DNA of 64,000 nucleotides from an uncultured Oscillospiraceae bacterium (GTDB lineage Bacteria; Bacillota; Clostridia; Oscillospirales; Ruminococcaceae), in NCBI GenBank assembly GCA_910586535.1, contig CAJUHS010000002.1:167790-231789 (forward strand). The letters are read 5' to 3'. Under the pieces are notes generated by a model. That model did no database searches. It saw only the letters and a program-made list of their open reading frames with translations, and was not told where the DNA came from. How positions within the stretch are numbered: position 1 is the stretch's first letter; each line of letters starts with the position of its first letter. The position numbers and the translations under genes are program-made. Positions 1 through 8,989 of the stretch are shown here, one piece after another.

Positions 1-1029
1 AGCGTCGTTTTCTCCGCACATAAGATAAAGAAGTCTTTCAAGGTTACTGGAAATAAGAATATCCATAGATGGAGAAATAGTTGTGATGAACTCGCGGTTT
101 CTATCATACACGCCGTTAGCAATGAAGTCTGTCAAAACCTTATTTGAGTTAGAAGCACAGATCAGCTTGTTCACAGGCAGACCCATATGCTTTGCATAGT
201 ACGCCGCAAGGATATTTCCGAAGTTTCCCGTAGGAACAACAATATTTATCTTGTCTCCCGCCTTTAGCTCCTCATCCTTGACAAGGGTCGCATAAGCGGA
301 AATGTAGTAAATTATCTGCGGAGCAAGACGTCCCCAGTTAATGGAATTTGCGCTGGAGAACATCATTTTGTTTGCTTCAAGCTTAGACTTAATAGTATCG
401 TTAGTAAAGATAGACTTAACGCCGTTCTGACAGTCGTCAAAATTGCCGTTGATACCGCATACGGCAACGTTTCCTCCGTCCTGTGTGGTCATTTGGCGCT
501 TTTGCATGGGACTTACGCCGTCTTCGGGATAGAACACCATTATCTGAGTGCCGGGAACGTCCGCAAAACCCTCCAGAGCAGCCTTTCCTGTATCTCCTGA
601 CGTTGCCACCAGAATAACGATCTTCTTGTCAATATTGATTTTTTTGGCGGAAGTTGTAAGCAGGTACGGTAGTATCTGCAGCGCCATATCCTTAAATGCA
701 CAGGTGGGACCGTGCCAAAGCTCGAGAATATAAGTTCCGTCAAAAAGATGTGATATTTCGGAAATATTTTCCGTCGCAAATTTTTTGTCGTTATAGGCGT
801 TATCTGTGCAGTATCTTATCTCTGTCTCTGTAAAATCGGTAAGATATTTTGCGAAGATATAAGCCGCCCTTTCTGAATAGCTCATATCCCCCAGCCTGAC
901 TATCTCGTCCATAGATATTTCGGGTATTTCGGAAGGAACGAAAAGTCCTCCATCAGAGGAAATTCCCTGTACGATAGCCTCGGCGGAACTTTTATTCACG
1001 CCGCTGTCTCTTGTGCTTTTGTAGTACAT
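1..1029 (-). CDS. thrC: Threonine synthase, N-terminal portion. The gene runs off the window start and its C-terminus lies outside.
   Basis: Reverse translation begins MYYKSTRDSGVNKSSAEAIVQGISSDGGLFVP...; typical PLP-dependent ThrC N-terminus. Start ATG at 1029 is preceded by AAAGGA. Confidence 0.85.
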   Translation of the reverse strand, partial: MYYKSTRDSGVNKSSAEAIVQGISSDGGLFVPSEIPEISMDEIVRLGDMSYSERAAYIFAKYLTDFTETEIRYCTDNAYNDKKFATENISEISHLFDGTYILELWHGPTCAFKDMALQILPYLLTTSAKKINIDKKIVILVATSGDTGKAALEGFADVPGTQIMVFYPEDGVSPMQKRQMTTQDGGNVAVCGINGNFDDCQNGVKSIFTNDTIKSKLEANKMMFSSANSINWGRLAPQIIYYISAYATLVKDEELKAGDKINIVVPTGNFGNILAAYYAKHMGLPVNKLICASNSNKVLTDFIANGVYDRNREFITTISPSMDILISSNLERLLYLMCGENDA

Positions 1030-1058
1030 AGCCAACATTCCTTTACAAAAATTTACAT

Positions 1059-1421
1059 TTATCTGCTCGCGTCAAAAGCGTTTTCAATATATTGAAATCC
1101 GACGACCTTTCTGTCCGCAGCCGTTACCCACACCACGTCGAAACGCGGCTGAAAATCATGGGGAAAACGCCGTGAATACTCCTCGGAAGTCCTTATTATC
1201 ATTTTTTTCTTAGCTGCTGTAACAGCTTCAAGACCGTTTACCATTGGTTCGGGAGTACGGGTCTTGACCTCAACAAAAGCAATAACGCCGTCCTTTTCGG
1301 CAATAATATCCAGTTCTCCGCCTTTGATACGGTAGTTGCGTTTCAGTATCTTATAGCCCTTTTTTTCAAGATAGTATGCAGCAGCATTTTCGCCGAACCG
1401 GCCAAGCTCCTGTCTATCCAT
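1059..1421 (-). CDS. YraN/UPF0102 family endonuclease
   Basis: 120 aa, GRFGENAAAYYLEKKGYKIL...GELDIIA...FVEVKTR motif set typical of the UPF0102 (YraN) family; conserved position upstream of rnhB. Confidence 0.75.
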   Translation of the reverse strand: MDRQELGRFGENAAAYYLEKKGYKILKRNYRIKGGELDIIAEKDGVIAFVEVKTRTPEPMVNGLEAVTAAKKKMIIRTSEEYSRRFPHDFQPRFDVVWVTAADRKVVGFQYIENAFDASR

Positions 1422-2016
1422 TTTTCAGCAGCTTCTTTAAGAACGACATTCTGTGCACAGGAGAAGGACCGTACTTCAGTATCATTTCGTTATGCAGCTT
1501 TGTTCCGTAGCCCTTGTGCTTTTCAAACTGGTACTGCGGGTACTCCTCTGCAAGCTTTTTCATATATCTGTCACGACTGACCTTTGCCAGTACCGAAGCT
1601 GCTGCAATGCAGGCTGACAAGCCGTCCCCCTTTACAACTGTTTTGGCGGGACATACCAAGTTCGGCAGACTGTTTCCGTCTATTATCGCCATATCGGGTA
1701 CTATGCCCAACCCCTCCACAGCTCTTTTCATTGCAAGCATAGTAGCCTGCAAAATATTCAGACTCTCGATCTCCTCCACAGTCGCCGCCGCAACGCAGTA
1801 AGCCGTTGCCTTTTTGGTTATCTCGTCAAATAAAGTCTCCCGCTTTTTCTCGGAAAGCTTTTTGCTGTCATTAAGACCGCCTATGGAGACGTTCTCGTCA
1901 AAAATAACAGCGGCGGCGTAAACGTCCCCCGCCAAGGGACCACGCCCCGCCTCGTCCACCCCGCAGAGTACGGGAGCATCGTTTCTGACAGAACTGTCAT
2001 ATTCAAAAAGAATCAC
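1414..2016 (-). CDS. rnhB: Ribonuclease HII
   Basis: 200 aa; GVDEAGRGPLAGDV catalytic motif at the N-terminus and overall RNase HII length. Confidence 0.9.
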   Translation of the reverse strand: MILFEYDSSVRNDAPVLCGVDEAGRGPLAGDVYAAAVIFDENVSIGGLNDSKKLSEKKRETLFDEITKKATAYCVAAATVEEIESLNILQATMLAMKRAVEGLGIVPDMAIIDGNSLPNLVCPAKTVVKGDGLSACIAAASVLAKVSRDRYMKKLAEEYPQYQFEKHKGYGTKLHNEMILKYGPSPVHRMSFLKKLLKNG

Positions 2017-2028
2017 ATTTTCACAACC

Positions 2029-2889
2029 TTACGCCGGAAGCTCAAGAGTTATCCTCCCCAGCTTTCCTCCCCTAAATTCGTTAAGAACCGTTATCGCCGC
2101 CCGTTCGGTGTTTATCTCCCCGCCGCTTACAAGCATTCCGCGGGCTTTTCCAACCTTTTTTAGCAGCTCATATCCGTCCTCGTCTTTTTCCGTTTGTATC
2201 TTGTATCTTTCAGTAAGCTCCTCCCTGTACATATCATTAAGAATGTACAGCAAACGGCAGGCAAGAGTTTCCACATCCACAACATCATCCTTTACCGCAC
2301 CTGTAAAAGCAAGCCTTTCTCCAACGGACATATCCTCAAACTTTGGCCACAGTACTCCAGGCATATCCAGAAGCTCCATGTCGTCTGAAAGCTTAACCCA
2401 CTGCTTGGTTCTGGTAACTCCTGGACGATCTTCAACCTTTGCTTTTTTCTGTCCAGCAAGACGATTTATAAATGAAGATTTTCCCACGTTTGGTATGCCT
2501 ACCACCATTAGGTGAAGTACGCGCCCCTCCATGCCTCTGGCTTTGTTTTTTTCAATAAGTGAAGCCAACGCCGACTTTACCGCAGTAGCAAATTTGTTCA
2601 GACCCTTGCCGCTCCTACAGTCCGCAGCAATGACCGCCAATCCTTGCGCACGGTAATGCTCCAGCCACTTTTGTGTAGCTGCTTCATCGGCAGTATCACA
2701 TTTGTTCAGCACAACTATTCTTGGCTTGCCCTCGATAAGCGACTGCAAATCTGGATTTCTGCTTGATTCTGGTATACGGGCGTCAAGTATTTCTACCACA
2801 GCGTCCACCAAAGGCAGAGAAGCCTTTATCATACGCTTGGTTTTGGTCATATGCCCCGGAAACCACTGTATGGACGGTATCTCAGTCAT
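2029..2889 (-). CDS. rbgA: Ribosome biogenesis GTPase A (YlqF/RbgA)
   Basis: IQWFPGHMTKTKR N-terminus, circularly permuted GTPase motifs (NKCD...GIPNVGKSSFIN...DRPGVTR). GGAGGTG RBS 7 nt before the ATG at 2889; the longer ORF-track start is unlikely. Confidence 0.9.
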   Translation of the reverse strand: MTEIPSIQWFPGHMTKTKRMIKASLPLVDAVVEILDARIPESSRNPDLQSLIEGKPRIVVLNKCDTADEAATQKWLEHYRAQGLAVIAADCRSGKGLNKFATAVKSALASLIEKNKARGMEGRVLHLMVVGIPNVGKSSFINRLAGQKKAKVEDRPGVTRTKQWVKLSDDMELLDMPGVLWPKFEDMSVGERLAFTGAVKDDVVDVETLACRLLYILNDMYREELTERYKIQTEKDEDGYELLKKVGKARGMLVSGGEINTERAAITVLNEFRGGKLGRITLELPA

Positions 2890-3484
2890 TAGCACCTCCG
2901 AAGCGGTCGGGATCGCCGATAGCGTTGAACGGGAATATTCTGAAAATGACTTTACCCAGAATATCCTCCTCATTTACAAAACCTACCCATTCGCTTCTGC
3001 TGTCGGTTGAATTCATTCTGTTGTCGCCCATAACGAAAACGCAGTCCTCTGGAACGGTCACGGGATAATCATGATAGCCCTCGTCCTCTTTTGTAAGTTC
3101 AAGAATATACGGCTCGTCAAGGACTGTCCCGTCAACCTTAACAGCTCCCGCATCGGGATCGACCTCGACAGTCTGACCCTCAACCGCGATCACACGCTTA
3201 ACAATAGCCTTGCCTAGTTTTTCGCTGTTAACTATTACAATATCTCCCGCCGCAGGCTCGTAAAACAGGTGCGAAACAATAAGCCTGTCTCCCTCGGTAA
3301 GGGTAGGCTGCATGGACGCTCCGTCAACGTTTGCCACACGAAGAAGAAACGTAAATATAATAATTACCGCAAAAAAAGCCCCTATAATGGTTTCAACCCA
3401 GTCGATGAACTCCTCGGCGGCGGTGACTTCTTTTTTCTTGCCAGCATCGTCAAGGGCTTCGTAATTAAGCTCATATCCTGCCAT
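2882..3484 (-). CDS. lepB: Signal peptidase I
   Basis: TM segment followed by GASMQPTL (Ser box) and GDNRMNSTDSR box; GGAGGA RBS before the internal ATG (MAGYELNY). Confidence 0.85.
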   Translation of the reverse strand: MAGYELNYEALDDAGKKKEVTAAEEFIDWVETIIGAFFAVIIIFTFLLRVANVDGASMQPTLTEGDRLIVSHLFYEPAAGDIVIVNSEKLGKAIVKRVIAVEGQTVEVDPDAGAVKVDGTVLDEPYILELTKEDEGYHDYPVTVPEDCVFVMGDNRMNSTDSRSEWVGFVNEEDILGKVIFRIFPFNAIGDPDRFGGAND

Positions 3485-3670
3485 AACAATGATCCTCCGA
3501 TCCTCCCGCGAAATTTTCATATTATACTGATTCCCGATCAAAAAGTATGCAAAAAATCAATCAAAAGTTTGCGTGTATGATTTTTATAAAGAATTTTTCC
3601 GTACTTTCATCGCGAATAAGTATTAAAATATAGCAAAAAAGGGACGCACAGTCCCTTTTCACAACCGCAG

Positions 3671-4015
3671 TCAGCGAATCTGTTCTTTAACCTTAGCAGC
3701 CTTGCCGACTCTGTCGCGGAGATAATAAAGCTTGCTGCGGCGAACCTTACCGCTTCTTACAAGCTCAACCTTGTCGACAACCGGCGAATGAACGGGGAAC
3801 ACTCTTTCAATACCGCAGCCATGCGCAACGCGCCTTACTGTAAATGTCTCGTTGATTCCTCCGTGCTTCTTGGCGATAACCGTACCCTCAAAAACCTGAA
3901 TTCTGTACTTCTCGCCTTCCTTGATCTTAACGTGAACCTTAACTGTGTCGCCCACGTTTACAACGGGAGCGTTCTCTTTAAGGCTGCTGCCGCTGATAAG
4001 CTTCAGTGCGTCCAT
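3671..4015 (-). CDS. rplS: 50S ribosomal protein L19
   Basis: 114 aa with strong L19 identity (…[28 protein letters not shown]…RRSKLYYLR). Confidence 0.95.
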   Translation of the reverse strand: MDALKLISGSSLKENAPVVNVGDTVKVHVKIKEGEKYRIQVFEGTVIAKKHGGINETFTVRRVAHGCGIERVFPVHSPVVDKVELVRSGKVRRSKLYYLRDRVGKAAKVKEQIR

Positions 4016-4178
4016 GATATTTCCTCCTAAATTTTAAGACATTCTTACCTTTCGCAAGCAGCCGCTCCAAGGCGGCATAAGGCAGCGGACTGTCCTTTTA
4101 ATGTCTGCCGCGGCTGAAAACCGCTAACGGCAGGGCATTAATCTCGTCCGACTATAATTCGGGCGGATTTTTAAATGC
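4016..4178 (-). promoter_or_regulatory. Structured, GC-rich 5' leader of rplS, approximately 163 nt. Possible ribosomal-protein (L19) autoregulatory leader.
   Basis: TTGCAA-17-TAATAT promoter at 4185-4213 (minus), followed by a leader with several GC-rich inverted repeats (CTGCCG...CGGCAG; GGACAGTCCGCTGCC…). That is unusually long and structured for a ribosomal protein gene. Confidence 0.35.
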
Positions 4179-4245
4179 TATATAATATTATCACATTTTT
4201 TCACGAATTGCAAGTATTTTCTTACAAAAAAAGCTAAAATGTCAC

Positions 4246-4962
4246 TTACTTAAAATCCCGACCGTCAGCACACAATATTTTTGTGCGTTCTGCACAAATT
4301 TTTGTAAATTTAATTTTGCTGTAGTCTGCAAATGCTTCTGTAAAAACACCTGCGTTTATATTTATTTTCAGACCTGCCGGAAGTCTTACAAACAAACGCA
4401 GAGCTTCTCCGGACGACTCCGCAGATATTATGTTAATGTGCGGCTTTATGTCGGTTTTTACCGTACCCTTGCTTTTAGAACGTTTATCAACTTCAATCTT
4501 ATCCTCCGAAAGCATTTTTTCAAGAATAGACAGCATTTCCTTTGATCCTACGCCGCTGTAAAAATCTATTTTATAATCTGCAAAACCAACATCTTTGTTT
4601 TCGTACACAGGCTCAAAAATATCCAAAATCCTTAGACCCTCGGGCATTTTTTTATTGAGACTGTCCCGAAGCGTTTCAAAATCAGCGGACTCGGTGACGG
4701 AAAAATCCATATACTCCGACCTGCCCGTTACTCCAAGAGAAAGAGCCAAAGGAAAATTAAGGTAAATATGCGGATTGAAGCCCTCTGTGTACCAAACGGG
4801 GATACTGGAACGCTTCAAAGCCCGCTGCATAGTCCTCATAAGATCCAAGTGAGAGATAAAAACGGCTCGCCCGCTTTTTTCAAACCTCGCTCTGAGATTT
4901 AGTTTTTCCAAAGCACGCACCTCCGATACCCTTTGATACTCCGCAGCCGAAACAATTTTCAC
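4246..4962 (-). CDS. TIGR03936/DUF2344 family radical-SAM-associated protein
   Basis: 238 aa; RARFEKSGRAVFISHLDLMRTMQRALKRSSIPVWYTEGFNPH motif block characteristic of the DUF2344 partner of TIGR03960 radical SAM proteins. Overlaps the upstream gene by 83 nt in another frame. Confidence 0.7.
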   Translation of the reverse strand: MKIVSAAEYQRVSEVRALEKLNLRARFEKSGRAVFISHLDLMRTMQRALKRSSIPVWYTEGFNPHIYLNFPLALSLGVTGRSEYMDFSVTESADFETLRDSLNKKMPEGLRILDIFEPVYENKDVGFADYKIDFYSGVGSKEMLSILEKMLSEDKIEVDKRSKSKGTVKTDIKPHINIISAESSGEALRLFVRLPAGLKININAGVFTEAFADYSKIKFTKICAERTKILCADGRDFK

Positions 4963-6751
4963 GGCAGTTTGGGGTAGTTTTTCCCTCGCGAGCCTTTTGA
5001 TTTTCTCTTACCAAAAATTCTTTCGAAACAAGATAATCCAAATGCTGCCAAGGCATTATTTCATCGTAGGGACGCGCCCTGTGCGCATAAAAGTCAACGT
5101 CAACTCCCGTTTTCTCAAAAACTTTTTGCCACAGATCGTACCGATAAAGCTCGTCCCAGCTGTCGAATTTGCAGCCAAGCTTCCACGCCTCATATATAGT
5201 ATCGCAGAGTCGTCTGTCCCCTTTTGCAAGCACAGCCTCAAGTATGCTGACCTGATATTTGTGCCAGCTTACATTTATACGCTTGCGGGAACGTACGGAA
5301 TCCAGCAAAACCTTTTGCTTGTGCTTTATTTCCTCCTCGGATGCCTGAGGTTCAAACTCAAACGGCGTAAACGGCTTTGGCACAAACGTCGCGCAGCTTA
5401 TTGATATCTTGATGTGCTTTCCGCGGGGACGGTTTGGGTTGCTATAGTAAAGATCAACGATCTTTTCCGCAAGCTCGGCAATGCCTCGGATATCGTCATC
5501 GGTCTCGGTGGGAAGACCAAGCATAAAGTAGAGCTTTACCGAAGTATAGCTGCCCTCAAAAAAGGCAAGCCTGCACGCGCGCATTATTTCATCTTCGGTT
5601 ATGTTTTTGTTGATAACATCCCGAAGACGCTGGGTACCGGCTTCCGGAGCAAATGTCAGACCGCTTTTCCGCACCTTTTGTATCTGTTCCATAAGCTCGC
5701 CGCTAAACTTGTCTATACGCATTGATGGGAGGGACAGATTAACATTCTCCTTTTCGGTGTACTCAGCCACCTGAGTAAGAGTATCGTTTATATCCGACAG
5801 ATCGCTGGTACTGAGAGAGGACAAGGATACCTCCTCGTAGCCCGTGGATTCGCACAGGCACTTAGTTTGTTTCACTATGGTATCCGAGCTTTTCTCCCTG
5901 AACGGACGATATATGAATCCCGCCTGACAAAAACGGCAGCCTCTTATACAGCCTCTCAGTACCTCCACAACCGCTCTGTCGTGAACTATTTCGCAGTACG
6001 GAACAACAAATGATTCCGGATAAAAAACCTCGTCAAGGTCTTTAATGATACGCTTTCTAACAATGAGCGGTGCATTGGGATTATTGGAAACCACGCCCTT
6101 AACCGTACCGTCATTATTATAATAAACATCGTAAAAGGACGGCACATAAATTCCCTCGATACCCGAAGCAGCTTCAAGAAACTCCTTTTTGGAACAACCT
6201 CTCTTCTTCATATCGGCATAAAGATCCATAAGCTCAAGGTTGACTTCTTCACCTTCGCCTATTATAAACAGGTCTATGAAATCCGTCAGCGGCTCTGGAT
6301 TGCACACACAGGGTCCTCCGGCAACAACTATAGGCATATCATCTGTACGTTCTTCAGCCTTTACAGGCAGTCCGGCAAGGTCAAGCATATTTAAAATATT
6401 TGTATAACACAACTCATACTGTATTGTAAAGCCTATAAAGTCAAACTCCTTTACAGGATCGAGACTTTCCAGCGCATATAGCGGAATATCGTTTTCACGC
6501 ATGAGCTGTTCAAAATCCACCCAAGGCGCGAATACGCGCTCGCACCAGAAGTTCTTCCGCTTATTTTTCAGCGAATATAAAATTTTCATTCCAAGGTGAG
6601 ACATTCCCACATCATATGAATCAGGAAAACAAAATGCAAACCGTACGTCCACTTTGCTTTTATCCTTTACCACGCTGTTAAGCTCCCCGCCAATATAACG
6701 CGACGGCGACTTGACTTTCAGAAGCAAAGCTTCTATCCGATCCTTTAACAT
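4880..6751 (-). CDS. B12-binding-domain radical SAM protein, TIGR03960-like
   Basis: 623 aa; CRFCQAG-type radical SAM cysteine motif (GCIRGCRFCQAGFIYRP), B12-binding-like N-terminal region, Cys-rich C-terminus. Confidence 0.8.
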   Translation of the reverse strand: MLKDRIEALLLKVKSPSRYIGGELNSVVKDKSKVDVRFAFCFPDSYDVGMSHLGMKILYSLKNKRKNFWCERVFAPWVDFEQLMRENDIPLYALESLDPVKEFDFIGFTIQYELCYTNILNMLDLAGLPVKAEERTDDMPIVVAGGPCVCNPEPLTDFIDLFIIGEGEEVNLELMDLYADMKKRGCSKKEFLEAASGIEGIYVPSFYDVYYNNDGTVKGVVSNNPNAPLIVRKRIIKDLDEVFYPESFVVPYCEIVHDRAVVEVLRGCIRGCRFCQAGFIYRPFREKSSDTIVKQTKCLCESTGYEEVSLSSLSTSDLSDINDTLTQVAEYTEKENVNLSLPSMRIDKFSGELMEQIQKVRKSGLTFAPEAGTQRLRDVINKNITEDEIMRACRLAFFEGSYTSVKLYFMLGLPTETDDDIRGIAELAEKIVDLYYSNPNRPRGKHIKISISCATFVPKPFTPFEFEPQASEEEIKHKQKVLLDSVRSRKRINVSWHKYQVSILEAVLAKGDRRLCDTIYEAWKLGCKFDSWDELYRYDLWQKVFEKTGVDVDFYAHRARPYDEIMPWQHLDYLVSKEFLVRENQKAREGKTTPNCRENCFGCGVSKGIGGACFGKTKSQSEV

Positions 6752-6777
6752 ATTTTAACAATCCTTTCACTGCGTCA

Positions 6778-7368
6778 TCAACAAGCAGCCGCCGATACAA
6801 GCAGACAGCATAAAGTAAGATACAGCGTAAAATTTCCTTTTCCAAGAGCAGCAAACACTATAAGGATAACAGCTATCAAGATAATATTCAGCCACTTAAG
6901 ATAACGTTCCAAACGGCAGGACAAAGCAAATCCGCAAAAACTGCGAATAAAAAGCGTAAGTATTTTTCCCCCGTCCAAGTAACCCAGCGGAAGCAAATTA
7001 AACGCACCTATTATAGAATTTACCGCTGAAAATATTCTGACAGCGTGGTTTTCCGAAAAAGACAGCAATACTGCCGCAAGGAAATTAGCCGCACTTCCTG
7101 CCAGGAAAATCCAAAGCTGCGCCCAAAATCCTGTAAAGTCAAGTTGCTTGTCAGCCGTAAGCTTAATGCCTGCACCATAAAATACCAGCCTTTTTACGGG
7201 AATGCCGCAAATACGCATAACAGTAAAATGTCCCAATTCATGCCAAAGGCAAGAGGCAAGTCCGAAAAGCGCATAACGGTTATTGCCGATCAGCATGAGC
7301 AGCGAAACTGAGGCAAAAAAGCTGAAATCAAACGCTGCGGTAAAGCTTTTAAACCGAAGCTCAAACAT
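6778..7368 (-). CDS. Small site-2-protease-like (peptidase M50 family) membrane metalloprotease
   Basis: 196 aa polytopic membrane protein with HELGH zinc motif and downstream NLLPLGYLDGG (S2P LDG motif). Confidence 0.55.
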   Translation of the reverse strand: MFELRFKSFTAAFDFSFFASVSLLMLIGNNRYALFGLASCLWHELGHFTVMRICGIPVKRLVFYGAGIKLTADKQLDFTGFWAQLWIFLAGSAANFLAAVLLSFSENHAVRIFSAVNSIIGAFNLLPLGYLDGGKILTLFIRSFCGFALSCRLERYLKWLNIILIAVILIVFAALGKGNFTLYLTLCCLLVSAAAC

Positions 7369-7684
7369 TGTCTATCGGAGCCGTGCCGAGAAAATCAACG
7401 ATTGCAGCAAAAACATCGACTACGGTACTGTCGGAATTGAGTTTGCTTTCGTACAGTTCAAAAATATCCGCCGCAAGACCTCCGTTTAAAATGTTGGCGG
7501 CTATGAATCCAAGCACAAGAAGTATGCATAGTATAGCCTGAAAAGTAATTGTATCCCCAAATGACACGGTCTTTCTGCTATACGGCTCAACGCATACTTG
7601 TTCGTCCGATTTTGTTTGTTCTTCCAATCTTTCTAATGATTCTTCAACGCGTAAAGCTTCACAGCTTGTCACATTTTCCTGCAT
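7361..7684 (-). CDS. Hypothetical small membrane protein
   Basis: 107 aa, acidic N-terminus plus one hydrophobic segment; overlaps the start of the M50 gene by 8 nt (operon). Confidence 0.4.
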   Translation of the reverse strand: MQENVTSCEALRVEESLERLEEQTKSDEQVCVEPYSRKTVSFGDTITFQAILCILLVLGFIAANILNGGLAADIFELYESKLNSDSTVVDVFAAIVDFLGTAPIDNV

Positions 7685-7766
7685 ATCAACATCTCCTTTT
7701 TACCATTAATATTGGCAAAGAAAACATTTTATGCACGACACAGATGTAAAGTATTTTAATTTTACA

Positions 7767-8978
7767 CTACTTTTTTATTCTAATTATTGAGTTTGGCGGA
7801 TACTCCTTTTCACATGATATAATAAGCTTCATCATAGCATGATTAGCACTTTCAATCGGTTCTTCATTTCCGTTTAAAAGTTCGCTGACCTTTAACGTGC
7901 CAAATTTTTTACCAGGAACTAGAATCTCCACTTCGTCTCCTTTGCAGAATTTATTTCTCTGGGTGCAGTAAATGCGCCCGCCTTTGCACTCATCAACAAC
8001 CGCAGCAACATCATATTCACGTATATATCCGCTGTTTGGATAGTACTGACAGTCCTTTGGATGTCCGAAAAAAAATCCGGTACAGTATGGTCTGTGACTG
8101 ACTTTAAATACTTCTTCCCTGACCCACCCGGGAAGTTCTGCACCTTGCTTCAGAACATCAACTGCCATTCTATAAGCGTTTGTAATTACCGAAACATAGT
8201 ACGAAGACTTTGCCCGTCCCTCAATTTTAAAGCTTGTAACTCCCGCTTCAGCAACTTTAGCAAGATGGTCTATCATGCACAAGTCTTTGGCATTGAGAAT
8301 GTAGGTACCGTCGGTGTCCTCAGCAATCGGATAGTACTCACCTTTTCTGGTTTCCTCCATCAGACTGTAACTCCAGCGGCAGGGCTGAGCGCATTCACCG
8401 CGGTTGGCGTCACGATTCACAAGATACTGGGATAATAAGCACCGTCCCGAAAAGGACACACACATTGCTCCGTGCACAAAAGCTTCAATATCCAGATCAG
8501 CAGGTGTTTTCGCTCTTATTTCGGCAATTTCTTCCAAGGATAGTTCTCTCGCAACAACAACTCGCTTCACGCCCATATTATAAAGCTCGCGTGCTGTAAC
8601 ATAATTTACGATTCCCGTTTGTGTGGACATATGCACTTCCATATCTGGACAGTATTCCTTCACAAGTGACAGCAAACCCAAATCGGCAACAATAACAGCG
8701 TCCACACTGCAGTCGTTTGCTTCCTCCATAAACTGCCTAAAATAAGGTATCTCGTTGTTTCGCGGCAGCGTATTGCAGGTCAGGTAGACATTAACGCCTT
8801 TTGAGTGAGCAAGTCCGACCGCCGCTTTTAAAGAATCATAAGTAAAATTTTCGGGACCTGCACGCATACCGAAGCTTTGTCCGCCCAAATAAACGGCGTC
8901 CGCTCCGTAATCCACCGCAGACCGCAAGCTTTCAAAGCTTCCTGCGGGAGACAGAACCTCAAGATTATCTAAATTCAT
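7767..8978 (-). CDS. Peptidase U32 family protein
   Basis: 403 aa; MNLDNLEVLSPAGSFESLRSAVDYGADAVYLGG N-terminus and conserved Cys cluster typical of U32 (collagenase-like / RlhA-type) proteins. Confidence 0.85.
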   Translation of the reverse strand: MNLDNLEVLSPAGSFESLRSAVDYGADAVYLGGQSFGMRAGPENFTYDSLKAAVGLAHSKGVNVYLTCNTLPRNNEIPYFRQFMEEANDCSVDAVIVADLGLLSLVKEYCPDMEVHMSTQTGIVNYVTARELYNMGVKRVVVARELSLEEIAEIRAKTPADLDIEAFVHGAMCVSFSGRCLLSQYLVNRDANRGECAQPCRWSYSLMEETRKGEYYPIAEDTDGTYILNAKDLCMIDHLAKVAEAGVTSFKIEGRAKSSYYVSVITNAYRMAVDVLKQGAELPGWVREEVFKVSHRPYCTGFFFGHPKDCQYYPNSGYIREYDVAAVVDECKGGRIYCTQRNKFCKGDEVEILVPGKKFGTLKVSELLNGNEEPIESANHAMMKLIISCEKEYPPNSIIRIKK

Positions 8979-8989
8979 AGCTCCTCCGT

